Assembly (NCBI GenBank): GCA_012026655.1 | Contig: JAAILG010000197.1 | Location: 1-64,000 of the forward strand | Length of the DNA: 64,000 bases | Direction of reading: 5' to 3' | Source of the DNA: Hydrolagus affinis | Lineage: Eukaryota | In this document: positions 63,236-64,000 of the stretch, in pieces | Numbering within the stretch: position 1 is the stretch's first letter | Layout: each line of letters starts with the position of its first letter | The notes under the pieces: model-generated | What the model was told of the DNA's origin: nothing | Database searches by the model: none | The model's input: only the letters and a program-made list of their open reading frames with translations | Program-made: the position numbers and the translations under genes

Positions 63236-64000
63236 AATTACATTTTCTAATCAGGATTCCAATGGTTTGCTTGAATACCTAGGAACCAGAAGACAAAAGC
63301 ATTGTTCCCTTTCCTCTGCTAGTTTTAAATGTGGTGCAGTGGTAAAACGGTGTTGGCAGAACAGAAGCCCATTGCAGGTAGGTAACTGAACATTTCATCC
63401 AGAGTACCTACCAGTTTATTTTGAAAGTGAATCAGAACATATTGAAAATTAAACTTGCAAACATTCAAAAACTGAGTGATTCAAAACTTAATGTCAATAA
63501 ATCAGGTTTTGTTTAACAACCAGTTCACACAAATTGATAATGTCTGGTTATTGAACGCTGAAAATGAGGTGCATTGATGTAGAAAAACATCTAGGAGAGC
63601 TTTGCCACTAGGATGATTTAAAAGTCAAGTTTACTGTATGTAGGCAATCTTGGCAGCTAATTTATGCTAGCAACATCCAATTTATGGCGAAGAGCTGATT
63701 TATTTGAATATTGTTGGGTGAATTTTGATGTAGGAGGAACAAAACCAAGGTAAATAACCAGAAGAAAGAGTTGCCCTGGGGATGGGGAGTTTGGATCTCA
63801 CTTAAAGCCAATCTGAATTACAATTTACATGGTTGCTATGACTTAAGAAATGACTCAATCAGACAAAGGACAATGCTCTAGAAATGAATATTTAATATTG
63901 AATGTTTTATAGGTAAATGTTGCATAGTAGAGATAGATGCTGCAAATTCAGTAATTAATAAATAAATAGATCAGTAGGTTAAAATTCCGAAAGGCCTACG

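Overview
AT-rich eukaryotic DNA, intronic or intergenic, with no intact recognisable host gene, rRNA, true tRNA or CRISPR array. The repeat content suggests a cartilaginous fish, possibly a chimaera (inference only). Most long ORFs in the track are pieces of decayed L2-type LINE ORF2 or their antisense frames; the rest are probably chance ORFs. Contents: (1) many 5'-truncated and internally deleted L2 copies ending in a stem-loop plus (TTG)n; (2) a younger tRNA-headed SINE with an L2-like tail, two older SINE families and CR1 3' ends, often nested; (3) two ~150-230 bp inverted-repeat Penelope-like mini-elements, each with a minimal hammerhead ribozyme (core intact at 4920-4956, mutated at 5847-5883); (4) a young 642-bp non-autonomous DNA transposon with perfect 33-bp TIRs and an 8-bp TSD, plus a TA-flanked Tc1/pogo-type MITE; (5) low-confidence splice-signal-defined exon and microexon candidates. 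Family names come from recalled motifs, not database searches. Boundaries of old repeats are approximate.
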